Numbered from the stretch's first letter, positions 47,212-58,785 are shown. The stretch: DNA of 64,000 bases from Candidatus Poribacteria bacterium (GCA_965205025.1 CBDBFU010000004.1:12898-76897), one strand, 5' to 3'. Notes: generated from the letters alone by a model not told the origin. A program made the numbers and translations.

Positions 47212-48510
47212 TTATTCTTCCATTTGATCTTCATCTGTCGTTACCACTTTCAGTAAATCACCACGCTTAATATCTCTACTCTTATCAATAACCTTAACTA
47301 TAGAAAGTCTGTCGTTTCGGATTTCAATAACTGCCACAGTTGCAATTTTGACAGGGATATAATCAAGTACTTCACCTGTGTCAATATCACGGATAGGTTT
47401 TCCGTCTGTAAAAACATCAAACTCTTGATTAATTGCTAATCCACGTGCGGAACCCGCATTGATATATATCATGTCGGGATTTTCACTATCGACATAGGTA
47501 ATCTTAATCGGTTTGTCAGAAACCTGTTTTACAACTTTTTCTTCATTCTTATCAGAGACGACTGCTGCCTCCCAAGGTGTAATAAAGTTTGGACCATAGT
47601 TGTCTCTTAGTGCTAAAATAACCTTAATAAGAGCGTCATTGGTTACCATTCCAAAAAGTGTTCTGTCGTATTCTGCGGATGCGAATTTTATTTTATTTAG
47701 TTCTGTAGGTTTTACAATTGGTCGCGTGTTTTTGCCATGTTGTTCTGACATCTGTCCAAATCTCAGGTGTGAACCAGTTTCAGTTATACTTGCTTCTAAA
47801 CCAGAGACTTGTGTCCCGGCAAGACTATGATAGCGCGTAGAAGAAACTGGAACAGTTGCTATTTCATTACCAGAGTCATCATATATTTCCATTTTTAATT
47901 CTACTACTGCCCGATGTCGATAGCCAATAACCCCTATACCCGTCATATAACTTGCAGTTATTGATGTAGACGGTGCTTCTCTTCCTCCCTCTCTCAAACT
48001 ACGGGATGCATTTGCTTTCATTCGTGAGAGTGAAAACTTCTTAATCTCTCCTAAAACAAGGACATCAGCATTTAGATGCTTTGCTAATGCAGAACGTTGC
48101 TCTTGATTTAGTTTCTTCAACCTATGACGAGGTAAGGTCAACTCTGCCATCGCATCCAACAATTCATCCTGCGAAACAGGAACATAGACTACGGTTTCGG
48201 CGAGTTTACGATTAAGCATTGTTTGAAACCCAACTTCCAAATCCCACTTTTTTTTTGTCCCGAAGATCGCGCCAATAAAGTTAGGGACGCAACCACACCC
48301 AGTTGAGGAGTCAAAACGGCTGTTATCCTCGAAATATAAAACCCCCACTCTTTTTGCTGATGGGTGTTGTTCTTCTGTATTTGAATAGCAATTTGATATA
48401 TTTCCGTATAAGAAACTTATAGAGAAAACGATAATAATTATTCGTATAATATCTCGCACCATATTCCTCCTTGATATATTGAGTTCTCTTTCACTTATAA
48501 CGAAAATCAC
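47212..48510 (-). CDS. lipoprotein with CsgG-like N-terminal region and C-terminal beta domain
   Basis: ...VGVLYFEDNS...LAETVVYVPVSQDELLDAMAEL...ADVLVLGEIKKFS... follows the CsgG-family pattern. Low certainty. Confidence 0.35.
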   Translation of the reverse strand: MIFVISERELNISRRNMVRDIIRIIIIVFSISFLYGNISNCYSNTEEQHPSAKRVGVLYFEDNSRFDSSTGCGCVPNFIGAIFGTKKKWDLEVGFQTMLNRKLAETVVYVPVSQDELLDAMAELTLPRHRLKKLNQEQRSALAKHLNADVLVLGEIKKFSLSRMKANASRSLREGGREAPSTSITASYMTGIGVIGYRHRAVVELKMEIYDDSGNEIATVPVSSTRYHSLAGTQVSGLEASITETGSHLRFGQMSEQHGKNTRPIVKPTELNKIKFASAEYDRTLFGMVTNDALIKVILALRDNYGPNFITPWEAAVVSDKNEEKVVKQVSDKPIKITYVDSENPDMIYINAGSARGLAINQEFDVFTDGKPIRDIDTGEVLDYIPVKIATVAVIEIRNDRLSIVKVIDKSRDIKRGDLLKVVTTDEDQMEE

Positions 48511-48753
48511 TCATCAATAGTTTACCAACTAATTGGATTTTACTCAATGTAAAACAATGAACGTGGGGTGTAATGTTTTTGGCATGAATACCACGAATCA
48601 TATAGTTTTAGTTTATAGTTTTTAGTTGTTTCAGAGTAACAGTGTAATTTTCAGAGCAAATGCTGTTAGATGATGTTTTATATTTTCTATAAAGTGAGTT
48701 ATAGTCTGGATTCCTATGTATTTTCTAAATAGGTCATACCTCATAATTATTAT

Positions 48754-48906
48754 ATTAACGTGTGTTTGATAAGACACATTGTAACCCGAACTTTTAGTTA
48801 ACACCAGAGTGCACAAACTGGAAAGTTTGTGCTACAAAGACTATTTTCAAGACAAAATTCTGTTTATCGATCTGACATTTTTTATTATCAAACTGACGTT
48901 ATATTA
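48754..48906. repeat. second copy of the MITE-like element (TIR AACGTGtGTTTGATAA ... TTATCAAACTgACGTTATAtTA)
   Basis: Ends match the 5216-5351 element. Interior contains palindrome GCACAAACT-GGAA-AGTTTGTGC. Confidence 0.45.
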
Positions 48907-49287
48907 AGAGTACTTTGTTCCTTACGATGTACTATATATTGAACCCAGTATTATTCTGTAAATTTACTGTTTTTTAGTTGTTCACAATAGTAATATAATT
49001 ATTATCTAATCGTTTAAAATGTTACACTTTTTGTCACATCGTGTGACATTGATAAAATCCCTCTCTCGTTAGTACTACACTATGTTTACAGCCGCTTTTT
49101 TAAGGTTACAAGAATTTACAAAAATGAAGAATTTGTGTCTTTTTTCTATTCTTCTGGTCCATTGAATTGGTATTGTATGGATGTGAAATATCTTGTCTAT
49201 CCATTTTGATAAGATATTGAAATATATCCCATAAATCATATATTTGGAGGATTCTTTGGACGTGCCATTTGCTATATTTTGAACCAA

Positions 49288-49345
49288 CGGGGAGATCCCG
49301 TTTTTACGAAGATTCGGACGGGGAGACCCCGTCCCTACGAAGAGG
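49288..49345 (+). repeat. tandem pair of GC hairpins; first is terminator-like
   Basis: ACGGGGAGATCCCGT-TTTTTACGAAGA then ACGGGGAGACCCCGT-CCCTACGAAGA, 30-bp period. Confidence 0.4.
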
Positions 49346-50290
49346 AACTGTCTTAATATGATACTCTTTAGTAAAACGAAAGAGAGTAAAATGAAAAAGT
49401 TACACTTTTCGTTACATGGTGTAACTTTGTAATATTGCTCTAATCCCTGTGGTGGACTGGGTTTATTGTAATTATCTTGAAATTTTAGAATTTTGAGTTT
49501 TGTGTCATTTTCTGGTTTTTCTGAATTTTCTGAGCACTGAAGCCATTCGCTATTTTTTCTATGTCTAATTGTATTTTTATGAATATTTTGGATTGTCATT
49601 TTTCATCTTCCTATTTATTGCTCTATGCTCTATCTTCTTTCTGTAGATGTGAATAACGATTCATATTTATGAGATACACCATAGTTTTATTTTCATAACA
49701 CAATTTTTAGATGCAAGATTTCAAACTGGTTTAAAATCAGTCCCAGAAAGGGTTTATAGATAATCCTGAAAATTGCGTTATTTTTATTTTTTTTTTAATA
49801 TTTTCATACTATGCACTTGTTTAAACTACTCTAAACCTTGTTCTGGTATGGGTTTGTAGGCATATCAGATTTTAATTTTACTTGCATAACTGTTATGCAA
49901 GTTTCATAACAACAATTTAGCTATGCTTTTACTGTGATATGTATAGTAACATAATAAGATGTATGTGTGAAGACAAAAATTATATATTGTGATATATTTA
50001 ATTATTTTATTTACTATTGTCATTTTGAAATTATGGATATTTCTATAATATTATATCTTTAGTTGTGTTATGGTTTGGTTTTCTTCAATAATTCTTCAAT
50101 TATTATTGGTTATTATATTTTTTGTTTTATTTCTCTATGTGTTATGTCATTAATTCTGAATTATGGATGGTGGGTTGTGTATGATGAATGGGAGGGTGGA
50201 AGGATGGAAGAGGAGAGGGATGTTTTGTTTTTTTGATTCTATAAATGTCTATTCCATGAATTGTTGTTATACATGTCTTTAAAATATACT

Positions 50291-50352
50291 GCCCACACTG
50301 GAAGTTTATGCTACATAAAAGAACTGCCCACACTGGAAGTTTATGCTACATG
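50291..50352. repeat. two tandem copies of a 29-bp direct repeat
   Basis: ACTGCCCACACTGGAAGTTTATGCTACAT x2 with a 4-bp spacer. Related GGAAGTTTATGCTCCAT at 5195-5211 sits next to the other MITE copy. Confidence 0.5.
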
Positions 50353-50605
50353 AAACGCGAGTTTGATAACTTATAACTTTGGATTAGGTGTAGTCAGAAA
50401 CCCTACCTAACGTGTAAGAAAGTGTATAATATTTTCAATATTCATCATAGTAAAGTTTACACGCCCTGATAACTCCAAACACCTTGATTCTCATTGTAAA
50501 ATGTGTTAAAATATCCACTTATTATTGCTCATTCGTTACACTGATTATTGTAAGATCTCTCCGTTCTGTCACACAACTTCCTACTAACCTTCAAGGAAAA
50601 CTGAG

Positions 50606-53600
50606 ATGAGAAAAGTATTATCAGACTATATAAAAACACAGGAAGATTTCGAACGATTCTGTAATTTGTTCTTGAAAAAGGAAATATCTCCCCTTGTAAA
50701 GGTTTACAACACATCAGGACCTGATGGGGGTATTGATGCGGAATACTGTGGGACATACGCCGGGAAAAATGGTCGTTGGGTGTTTCAGTGCAAATTCCGT
50801 AACTTACCAAATACAGAGAAAACGCGACGCAACATCATTTCTGTTATGAAAGGTGACAAGAGAAGAAAAGACAAAAGAGGGGAGTTAGACAAAGCAAATG
50901 AATCGAAATGTGATCATTATATCCTAATAACCAACGTCTCGCTGACTTCAGGGAACATTGGTGAAATCAAGGGTATTCAAAGTCAGAAAGGCTATACTTT
51001 TTCATTAGACGTTTGGGATGCTGAAGACCTGATTACAATGATCGATGAATTTCCCTACATACTAAATTCATTCCGAGATCCGCATCTACCTGTATTCCTT
51101 TCTTATGAAGACATGTTCCGCGATCAAATCAAAGGCGACCATAGACTCTTGAGGTACGACTACGATACCTTTGGACGAGAGGAGGAGATTGACCAATTTA
51201 GATCCTTTGTCCAAGACACTGACAAAAGATTGTTCGTTATGTCTGGGAGTGGCGGCATCGGCAAAACTAAACTTGCAATTGAATTCGCAAAAATGGTCGA
51301 ACAAGAACACCATGACTATGAACCCTTATTTGTTCAAATTGCCGAAGATAGTTTTGAAAATGCGTTGGCAGATATTCCACCAAATAGAAAGTACATCTTC
51401 TTTGTAGATGACGCGCATGACTATATAGACAACCTTGGCGGTATTAAAATATTGCTTAAAAGTTCTGGATATAGTGAATCGAAAGCAGTCCTTATAACAC
51501 GAAAGCCGTTTAAAGCATCTTTGAGAGGGATTTTCTTATCTGCGTTACCAGAACAAGCCATTCACGAAATGGAAATTCCAAGACTATCGTTTGAGAAAAC
51601 CAAAGATTTTATCAATTCACATATACATATCCAAGACAGTGTCCGTTTGAATGACTTGGCAAAAATTGGAAAAGATACACCTTTAATTACTGTAATGGTG
51701 ATAGATCTATTCAATAAAGGAAATGATCTTAGTAAATTAACAGAAGATAAATCGATAGAACGTGTTTTTGAATCCTATATAAATGACATATTTAGTAAAC
51801 ACCTTCGTAAATATGACAAACAACACAGAACATTACTTAACTGGTTCAGTGGAATCGAACCAGTAGACATTGAAGATAACAGAACACTCGAAAAATTGGC
51901 TGAACTCTTAAAACTGGAAATCTATGAGATAGAAAGATACCGTGATGATCTTATAGGATCCGGTTTACTTGTTCAGTATGGAAGGAAGTCAAGGGTTTTC
52001 CCTGGTCCACTCAGCGATTATATTTTACGGAATGCATGTTTTTTATCCGATAGGAATACTTCCTCTTTTCACAAGTCATTGTTAGAAGAGTTTCTACCGA
52101 TCTGCCCTATCAATGTTGTTAAAAACTTAGCACGGGTAGAAATCACAGCTGGTAAAACAGAACTTCTTGACGAGTACGTAAATAAGCTTCAATTACTGGC
52201 ACAATCAGGTGATAACGCTGATCGGATGCTTATTCTACTTCAAATGGAAGGCATCTGTTATTTTCGACCAGATGATGCAATTGAGATCTTTAATATCATC
52301 CTGGATAATCCGCATTCTGAAGCCACTGAAGTGGTGGACAAGTTTTGGGGGAAATTCACGGTGACACATCAAGCGTTAGTAGAAAAGATAGCGAATGAAG
52401 CACAAAAGACTGTTTACACGCTTTCAGGATTCCGCGGAACGTTAAATGTTATTCGAAAACTTTTCCAGGCGGATAACCTGGATTCCCCTAATGTTCGTAG
52501 ACCAGAATGGTTACTAAGGGATATAGTCCGTTTCCGAAATGGTAAATCCTTTGTATTTCAAGAGGAAACTCTTGAAGCATTTGAGATGTGGAAAAATGAA
52601 GATATACCAAAGCTCAGTATAGCACTGCTCAACGCACTTGATTCTTTACTTGTAATGGATTTTCAAGAAACTGTCAGTGAAGGATTTACATTGAAGATTT
52701 CTTGGCACTCATTAAAATACACTCCAGCATTAATCCAGATTAGAGAGCGTTCTATCAATCTCATAGCAGATTGTATGAAAGTAACTCAGTATACTAAAGT
52801 TAAATTGAAAGCGATAGATTGTATTAATAAAGCTCTAAGACCGTTTGAGGGTCCTCGTAGGAACCCTGATTTGATGGATGAAGAAGAACAATTATTTCTA
52901 CAAGCAGAGCAAGAACGGCTTTTTCAAATACTTACCAATCAATTATCAGAAGAATCTGATTTCAATATCCTCAATGCCATAGATGAGTGTTTACATGTAT
53001 ACACGGAAAATCCACCCGGCTACTTAAAACAACGTGCTACACAATTGTTAGAAAAATTTGAGAAACAAGATAACTATAATCACTATCTTTTTTATAGGCA
53101 ATTTACTGGAAAATATCGACAGTGGACAACCCCAGAAGAAAAAACAAAAATTCGTTGAAAAGTATATAGAAGAATATCCAGCTAAACGTCTTGCAGAATT
53201 AATGAGTGCATTCCTGGGCTCAAGTGTGTACGAAACGAATACTTTGGCAGTAACTGAACATCTATGGACTATTGGTAAACTTAACCCAGTTTATGGATCT
53301 GAATTGTTAGATTATATTCTTTCTTTGCAGACTGATGTAAAAGATTACGCAGCAGGGTTACTTGGTGGTATTCGTTATTCCAATAACGATAAGGCATTAA
53401 AAATAGAACACCAATTATTGAAACAAGACAATATATCTGTCAAAAGAATCGTTGTAAAGAGTTTTTTATGGGTCATGGAAGGACAATCTTTAGATAAAGA
53501 TAATCTGCAAATTTTACTTCAATTGGTAGATATACCAGATGAAGGCTTAAATTCAGACATTGTTAAAACTCTACCTAATTTCTATAACGTGGACGTAGAA

Positions 53601-54450
53601 TCCGTTCGGGAGATATTACTACGATTATCAACCAATGAATCATCATTGATTAAATCGGAGACTATAAAAGTTCTTTTGAGATTCCCATCACAGAAATACT
53701 TGGACACTTACAAACAGGTAATGCACAATTGTGTGAAATTAGAACACCTTGATTATCATTCTGAGGAAGTCCTACATGCCATATTTATGTCTGATCCGAT
53801 ATGGGTTATTACGTTTTTTGAGAAACGAATTGTATACCAAGAGATGGAATTTAAGAGGAATGCTACAAATTATGAGGCAATTCCAATTCGAACTAACAAT
53901 CTGTTTAGGGAAATTGACTGGAATGACAATAACGTTATGAATGCTTTAAGGCGGGTTAGAGATTGGGGTTTAGGACCTCCGAGTTATCGTAAATGGCTGG
54001 CTCCCGGATTATTGTCATCTATGGTTGATGGGAACAGTTCTCAAATTGAAGGCACTAAAATCAACAAAACGGTGCAAACAATCCTTGAAGAATGGATTGA
54101 CTCAGAAGATTCAGATAAGATGTGGTGGGTAGCTTGTTTGTTGAGAAATTTTGATAAAGACAAAAACTTTTTACTCTCTTGTAGAATCACTTCTTATAAA
54201 AAGTAAAGGAAATGCAAAGATATTAACCGAAATTGAAGTTTCTATTGGTAATGTAGGTGCTTATTCCGGACCTCTTGGTGAACCGCTACCTCACCATGTA
54301 AAACGCCTCGAATACCTTAAGGCATTGCAAGACAAAACTGAATCCTCAATTGTCAAACAGTTTGCAGATCGCCTCATAGATAGAACAAAACAGGAAATCG
54401 AAAGAGAACAGCAAAGGGATGAAGAATTTCTTGAAGGAGAGGAATGGTAA
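50606..54450 (+). pseudogene. Avs-like antiviral STAND NTPase with N-terminal Mrr-type PD-(D/E)xK nuclease domain; interrupted by two +1 frameshifts at A-runs (~53140 and ~54160)
   Basis: N-terminal ...GPDGGIDAEYCG...WVFQCKFRN (Mrr_cat motif), then P-loop MSGSGGIGKTKLAIEFA (NB-ARC/STAND-like), then long helical-repeat region. ORFs 50606-53158, 53058-54206 and 54151-54450 are successive +1 frames. Their joins fall in GAAAAAACAAAAATT and ACAAAAACTTTTTAC. Confidence 0.5.
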
Positions 54451-54647
54451 ACCTAACGCACGAACAAGACCTCCTTGACGAAATTGACAACCTTAATTCA
54501 CAAAACCAAATTCAAAATTCTGTCGGTTTACCCCCACAAGAAGTTAAATCAAAAATTGAGAGACTAATTAAAACGACCCAACAGCGGATTAACGCCACAG
54601 AATTACATCTGAACTTAATAAAAAAAATAGATTCAGAAATCAGTTAA
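54444..54647 (+). CDS. small hypothetical protein (67 aa), start overlaps preceding stop (ATGGTAA)
   Basis: Translational-coupling-type overlap. No homology recognised. Confidence 0.3.
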   Translation: MVNLTHEQDLLDEIDNLNSQNQIQNSVGLPPQEVKSKIERLIKTTQQRINATELHLNLIKKIDSEIS

Positions 54648-55623
54648 TACATGATGACATAGATAGTGTAGTTCATCCAATATCTCCTCTTTCAGGTCTT
54701 ACATCTGATCCAAAATTGAATTTCTACAATTCATTCTTTCCTACTAATACCTCCCCAACCAGTCCTACTACAGAAGTAATCACTTTCTGCAAATATGTTT
54801 TTCAAGAGACTGTCAATTTTATAGATGTATGTTATAAGTTGACTTATGATGACCTACAACAAAGCGGAAGTCTTCCAGTTTAGTATTCTCAGATTTCTAA
54901 TGTCAGAGAACTTGAAAAAGTGATAGCATTCATGGCAGGATTGCACTGCAAATTTCGCATTTTTGACATTGAGTAAGTCAAAATATGCTGATTCAATCCT
55001 TAATTCAATTTTTTCTTGCACAATTTTTGTATAATTGATACAATACCTGCTGACGTTAATAATTCGCGAAGCGCGCGTGGGTTACGTCAGGAAGCTGCCT
55101 AAGTTTGCTTAGGTGCGTCACCGGTGCAGCAACACCAGCGACGCTTAGCACTGACATAAACGGACTATGACAGCGCTGGTTTCTATTATAGCATATAGCA
55201 TAAAGTTTTTCTTTCTGTTAGTTCTAAGATGGGAACCAGCTTCCTATAGGGATGAGTTGCCTGAAAATACTTCTCTTTTATTGACAGATATGTCTGTCAA
55301 CCCACCCTGTAGACTGTCAAGACTATATACACAACCCTGGTGTAATTTTGATACAGTCTAAATTCAAATACACCCATAAATTACTATATATCACAATCGG
55401 TTTGTTTCTATTCACAAATTCTCATATTCTGTCGTAGCGATTTTCGATTCACGACATACTATCGAGAATCGGAATCTTCTCCTATTTTGTATGATGTTGT
55501 GAATTGAGAAGTTTTGATATTCAAAACTCAAACGAGACCAACGGGTGTAATATAAATATGTCAAGTGTTAACTGTCATAACGCATAAAATTAAGAAAATC
55601 TAATTTTTTCATAAGAGTTCCAC

Positions 55624-58600
55624 TTGATGCAACAAGATCAGAACAGAACATCAGAATCCCTACAAAAACTACAAGACCTACTCCAAAAACTTTTCCGTGC
55701 AGATGCCGCCGACCTTGACTTCGGCATCTACCGTGTCATTAACCAACGACGCAATCTAATCCAAGCTTATATTGACCAAGAACTTCCCACCGAAATAAAT
55801 GATGCGCTTAACGCAAACGCCGAAATTGAATCAGATCGCGAAAAACTTGAAGAGCTAAAAAAAGGAGTCGTAGATGCTTTTGGTAATGATGTGTTAGATG
55901 TAGAGGGAAATCTAATTGATGAATCCATTAAAGAGCGTCCTGGAGTTAAGAAATACCTTGAGGAGAAAGAACGAATTGGCTCCCCGCAAACTCGTGATCA
56001 GCGCGCAGATGTCGTTTTCAATCATCTTTACACCTTCTTCTCACGATATTACGATAACGGAGACTTTATCCCACGCAGACGTTATTCACAAACCGAACGT
56101 TACGCTGTTCCATATAACGGTGAAGAGGTATATCTCCATTGGGCAAACCGAGATCAATACTATGTCAAGAGTGGAGAGCACTTCTCCGATTACAGATTTA
56201 AGTCTCAAGAAATTACCGTTATCTTTGACCTTCAAAATGTAGATATTGAAAAAGACAATGTCCAAGGCGTTAAACGTTTCTTTATTCCTATAGCAGCAGA
56301 GACTAAATATAACTCAGAAACCGACAAGGTGTGCATCCCTTTTGAATACCGTCCCCTTACCGATGACGAAAAATCACGCTACGGCACCCGCGACCAACAG
56401 GACAAAATCATTGATGCTGCAGAACCTGAAATCTTGGAAAAACTGTCAAACCATTATAATGCATTATCTGCCCTTGAGCATCAAACAGAGGATGTAACCA
56501 TCCTCAAGAAACACCTCCGAACCTATACACGCCGCAACAATGCCGACTTTTTCATTCACAAGAACCTTGGGCAGTTTTTTAATCAAGAATTGGATGTCTT
56601 CATCAAAAACGAAGTGATACCGATGTCCTCACTCATTTTTGATGATGTTAATTTCAATTTAGAGAATCTAAACAAGGTAAATTGGATTGAAACAGCAAAT
56701 CTCGTTCTCACCATCGCTTCTAAGATTATTGATTTCTTGGCACACATTGAAGAATTCCAAAAACGTCTTTGGCTAAAAAAGAAGTTTGTTCTTTCTACCG
56801 ATTACTGCTTTACGCTTGACCGTGTCCCAGAAGAACTCTATCCCGATATAGCGGAGAACGATGCACAACTTGAGGAGTGGAAAGACCTTTTTTCTATTCA
56901 CGAAATAGACCACGACCTTATCCATACCGATTACTCCGAGCCGCTCTCCGTTAACTTTCTCAAAGAAAATCCGAACCTTGTTTTGGATACCTGCCACTTC
57001 GACTCTGACTTCAAAGATCGCCTCTTGACACATTTTAACGATCTGGATAACGAGACAGACGGCTTGTTAATTCATGGGGAGAACTTTCAAGGATTGAATC
57101 TGCTGACTGAGAAATACCGAGAATCTGTAAAGTGTATCCACATTGATCCACCGTATAATACTCAAACAAGTGGGTTTCTCTATAAAAACTCATACCAGCA
57201 TTCAAGTTGGTTATCAATGATGGCAGATAGATTGACTTTATCTGAATATTTTATGGCCCAGGATAGTTGTTTCTTCTCTCATATTGACGAGAGCGAATAT
57301 GAGAAACTTTTCTTGTTTTTTAAAACATTATCAATGGATGATCAAGGGACAGTTGTGTGGGATAAAAGGAACCCCATTGGAGCATCAAATACGATAGCGA
57401 CACAACACGAATATACTATTTGTCATTCTAAGGGAAATGTAAAATTAAAGTCACAACATGCTAATGGTGAAATAATATTAAAAAAAGCATCGTCATTAAT
57501 GAAAGCACATAGTGGAGTTACAGTCCAATGCCGTAAAGAATTTAAAACTTGGATTAACACAAATACAGAGTTAAGCGGAATGGAACGATCCTATTCTGCA
57601 ATTGACGATAATGGACATGTTTATACAACTGTCCATATGGGAGCTGGAGATGTCCGAACAGATCCTAAATACTTTAGACATTTAATTCATCCTATTACTA
57701 AGAAACCTTGTCCTGTGCCGAAAAATGGTTGGTCAAGTACTCCAGAATACATAGATGGTTTATTACAGAATAATGAAGTTAGCTTCGGCGTTGATGAAAC
57801 AACTCAACCACGCCGAAAGTGTTATTTGAAAGATAATCTGACAGGTGAATTAACGTCTGTAATTTCAACTGGTGAACGGGGCAAACACCAACTGGATGCG
57901 TTTGGTTTAGATTTTCCGTATTCTCACCCCGTAGGTTTGTATGAAAAACTTGCTTGGTCAGTTACACCTGATGGAGAAGGTATAATACTTGACTTTTTTG
58001 CAGGTAGTGGTACTAATGCCCACGCAGTTATTAATCTCAATCGTAAAGATCATGGAAACCGAAAATACATCCTTATTGAGATGGGACACCACTTTGATAC
58101 TGCACTGATGCCTCGCGTCAAAAAAGCTGTTTATGCAGAAAAATGGAAGGATGCAAAACCTGTCTCTCGTGATAGTAGACTTTCCCACATCATTAAATAC
58201 CAGCGTATTGAATCTTATGAAGATGCCCTCAATAACATAGAATTCAACGAAACTGATTATCAAAATCTGTTAGTTAACGAACACCAATTGAGTTATATGT
58301 TGGAAAGCGATACAAAGGAATGTCCAACGTTTCTAAACATCTCGGAACTCCAAAACCCGTTCAGTTATCAACTTGATATTGTCAAAGATATGCAGACACA
58401 TACACAGACAGTGGATTTACCCGAAACCTTCAACTATCTTCTCGGTTTATCAGTCAAGACTCGTCAGTGCTTGTACGATGATGACAGACGTTATCTTGTC
58501 TACAGAGGAACAGTTGGGCAAAAGTTGGTCGTCATTATCTGGCGTGAAACTTCAGGGTGGGAACAAGAAGATTATGAACGTGATTATCGTTTCATTCAGG

Positions 58601-58710
58601 AGAATGAACTCACAGAAGGTGCAGCAGAGGTGTATGTCAACACAGATAGCAATGTCCCGGAGGCAAAATCTTTAGATCCGCTTTTTAAACGGTTAATGTT
58701 TTCACAATAA
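55624..58710 (+). CDS. Type III restriction-modification Mod-like N6-adenine (beta-class) DNA methyltransferase with ~480-aa N-terminal extension of unknown function
   Basis: LIHGENFQGLNLLTEKYRESVKCIHIDPPYNT (motif IV DPPY preceded by the Type III Mod I-x-GDNL-x-L box), ATQHEYTICHSKGN, motif I ILDFFAGSGTNAHAV. 1028 aa. Confidence 0.8.
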   Translation: MMQQDQNRTSESLQKLQDLLQKLFRADAADLDFGIYRVINQRRNLIQAYIDQELPTEINDALNANAEIESDREKLEELKKGVVDAFGNDVLDVEGNLIDESIKERPGVKKYLEEKERIGSPQTRDQRADVVFNHLYTFFSRYYDNGDFIPRRRYSQTERYAVPYNGEEVYLHWANRDQYYVKSGEHFSDYRFKSQEITVIFDLQNVDIEKDNVQGVKRFFIPIAAETKYNSETDKVCIPFEYRPLTDDEKSRYGTRDQQDKIIDAAEPEILEKLSNHYNALSALEHQTEDVTILKKHLRTYTRRNNADFFIHKNLGQFFNQELDVFIKNEVIPMSSLIFDDVNFNLENLNKVNWIETANLVLTIASKIIDFLAHIEEFQKRLWLKKKFVLSTDYCFTLDRVPEELYPDIAENDAQLEEWKDLFSIHEIDHDLIHTDYSEPLSVNFLKENPNLVLDTCHFDSDFKDRLLTHFNDLDNETDGLLIHGENFQGLNLLTEKYRESVKCIHIDPPYNTQTSGFLYKNSYQHSSWLSMMADRLTLSEYFMAQDSCFFSHIDESEYEKLFLFFKTLSMDDQGTVVWDKRNPIGASNTIATQHEYTICHSKGNVKLKSQHANGEIILKKASSLMKAHSGVTVQCRKEFKTWINTNTELSGMERSYSAIDDNGHVYTTVHMGAGDVRTDPKYFRHLIHPITKKPCPVPKNGWSSTPEYIDGLLQNNEVSFGVDETTQPRRKCYLKDNLTGELTSVISTGERGKHQLDAFGLDFPYSHPVGLYEKLAWSVTPDGEGIILDFFAGSGTNAHAVINLNRKDHGNRKYILIEMGHHFDTALMPRVKKAVYAEKWKDAKPVSRDSRLSHIIKYQRIESYEDALNNIEFNETDYQNLLVNEHQLSYMLESDTKECPTFLNISELQNPFSYQLDIVKDMQTHTQTVDLPETFNYLLGLSVKTRQCLYDDDRRYLVYRGTVGQKLVVIIWRETSGWEQEDYERDYRFIQENELTEGAAEVYVNTDSNVPEAKSLDPLFKRLMFSQ

Positions 58711-58785
58711 TACCAATTTTGCTTAATTAGTTTACATTAATAGCAAATCGGAGAAGCTAATTTAGTTCAAAAGGATTCTATAAAC

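Noticed and set aside
49075-49599. 174-aa minus-strand ORF in the AT-rich noncoding region
   Set aside because: Low-complexity K/N/I-rich translation, no RBS, and it spans the hairpin repeats. Treated as noncoding.
50291-50352. CRISPR array
   Set aside because: Only two copies of the 29-bp repeat with a 4-bp spacer. The repeats at 58786-58856 are likewise only two. No cas genes. Not CRISPR.
55065-55190. tRNA/tmRNA gene in the GC-rich patch
   Set aside because: No acceptor/T-arm arrangement and no GTTC-R-A T-loop. Not a tRNA. Kept only as a possible structured RNA.
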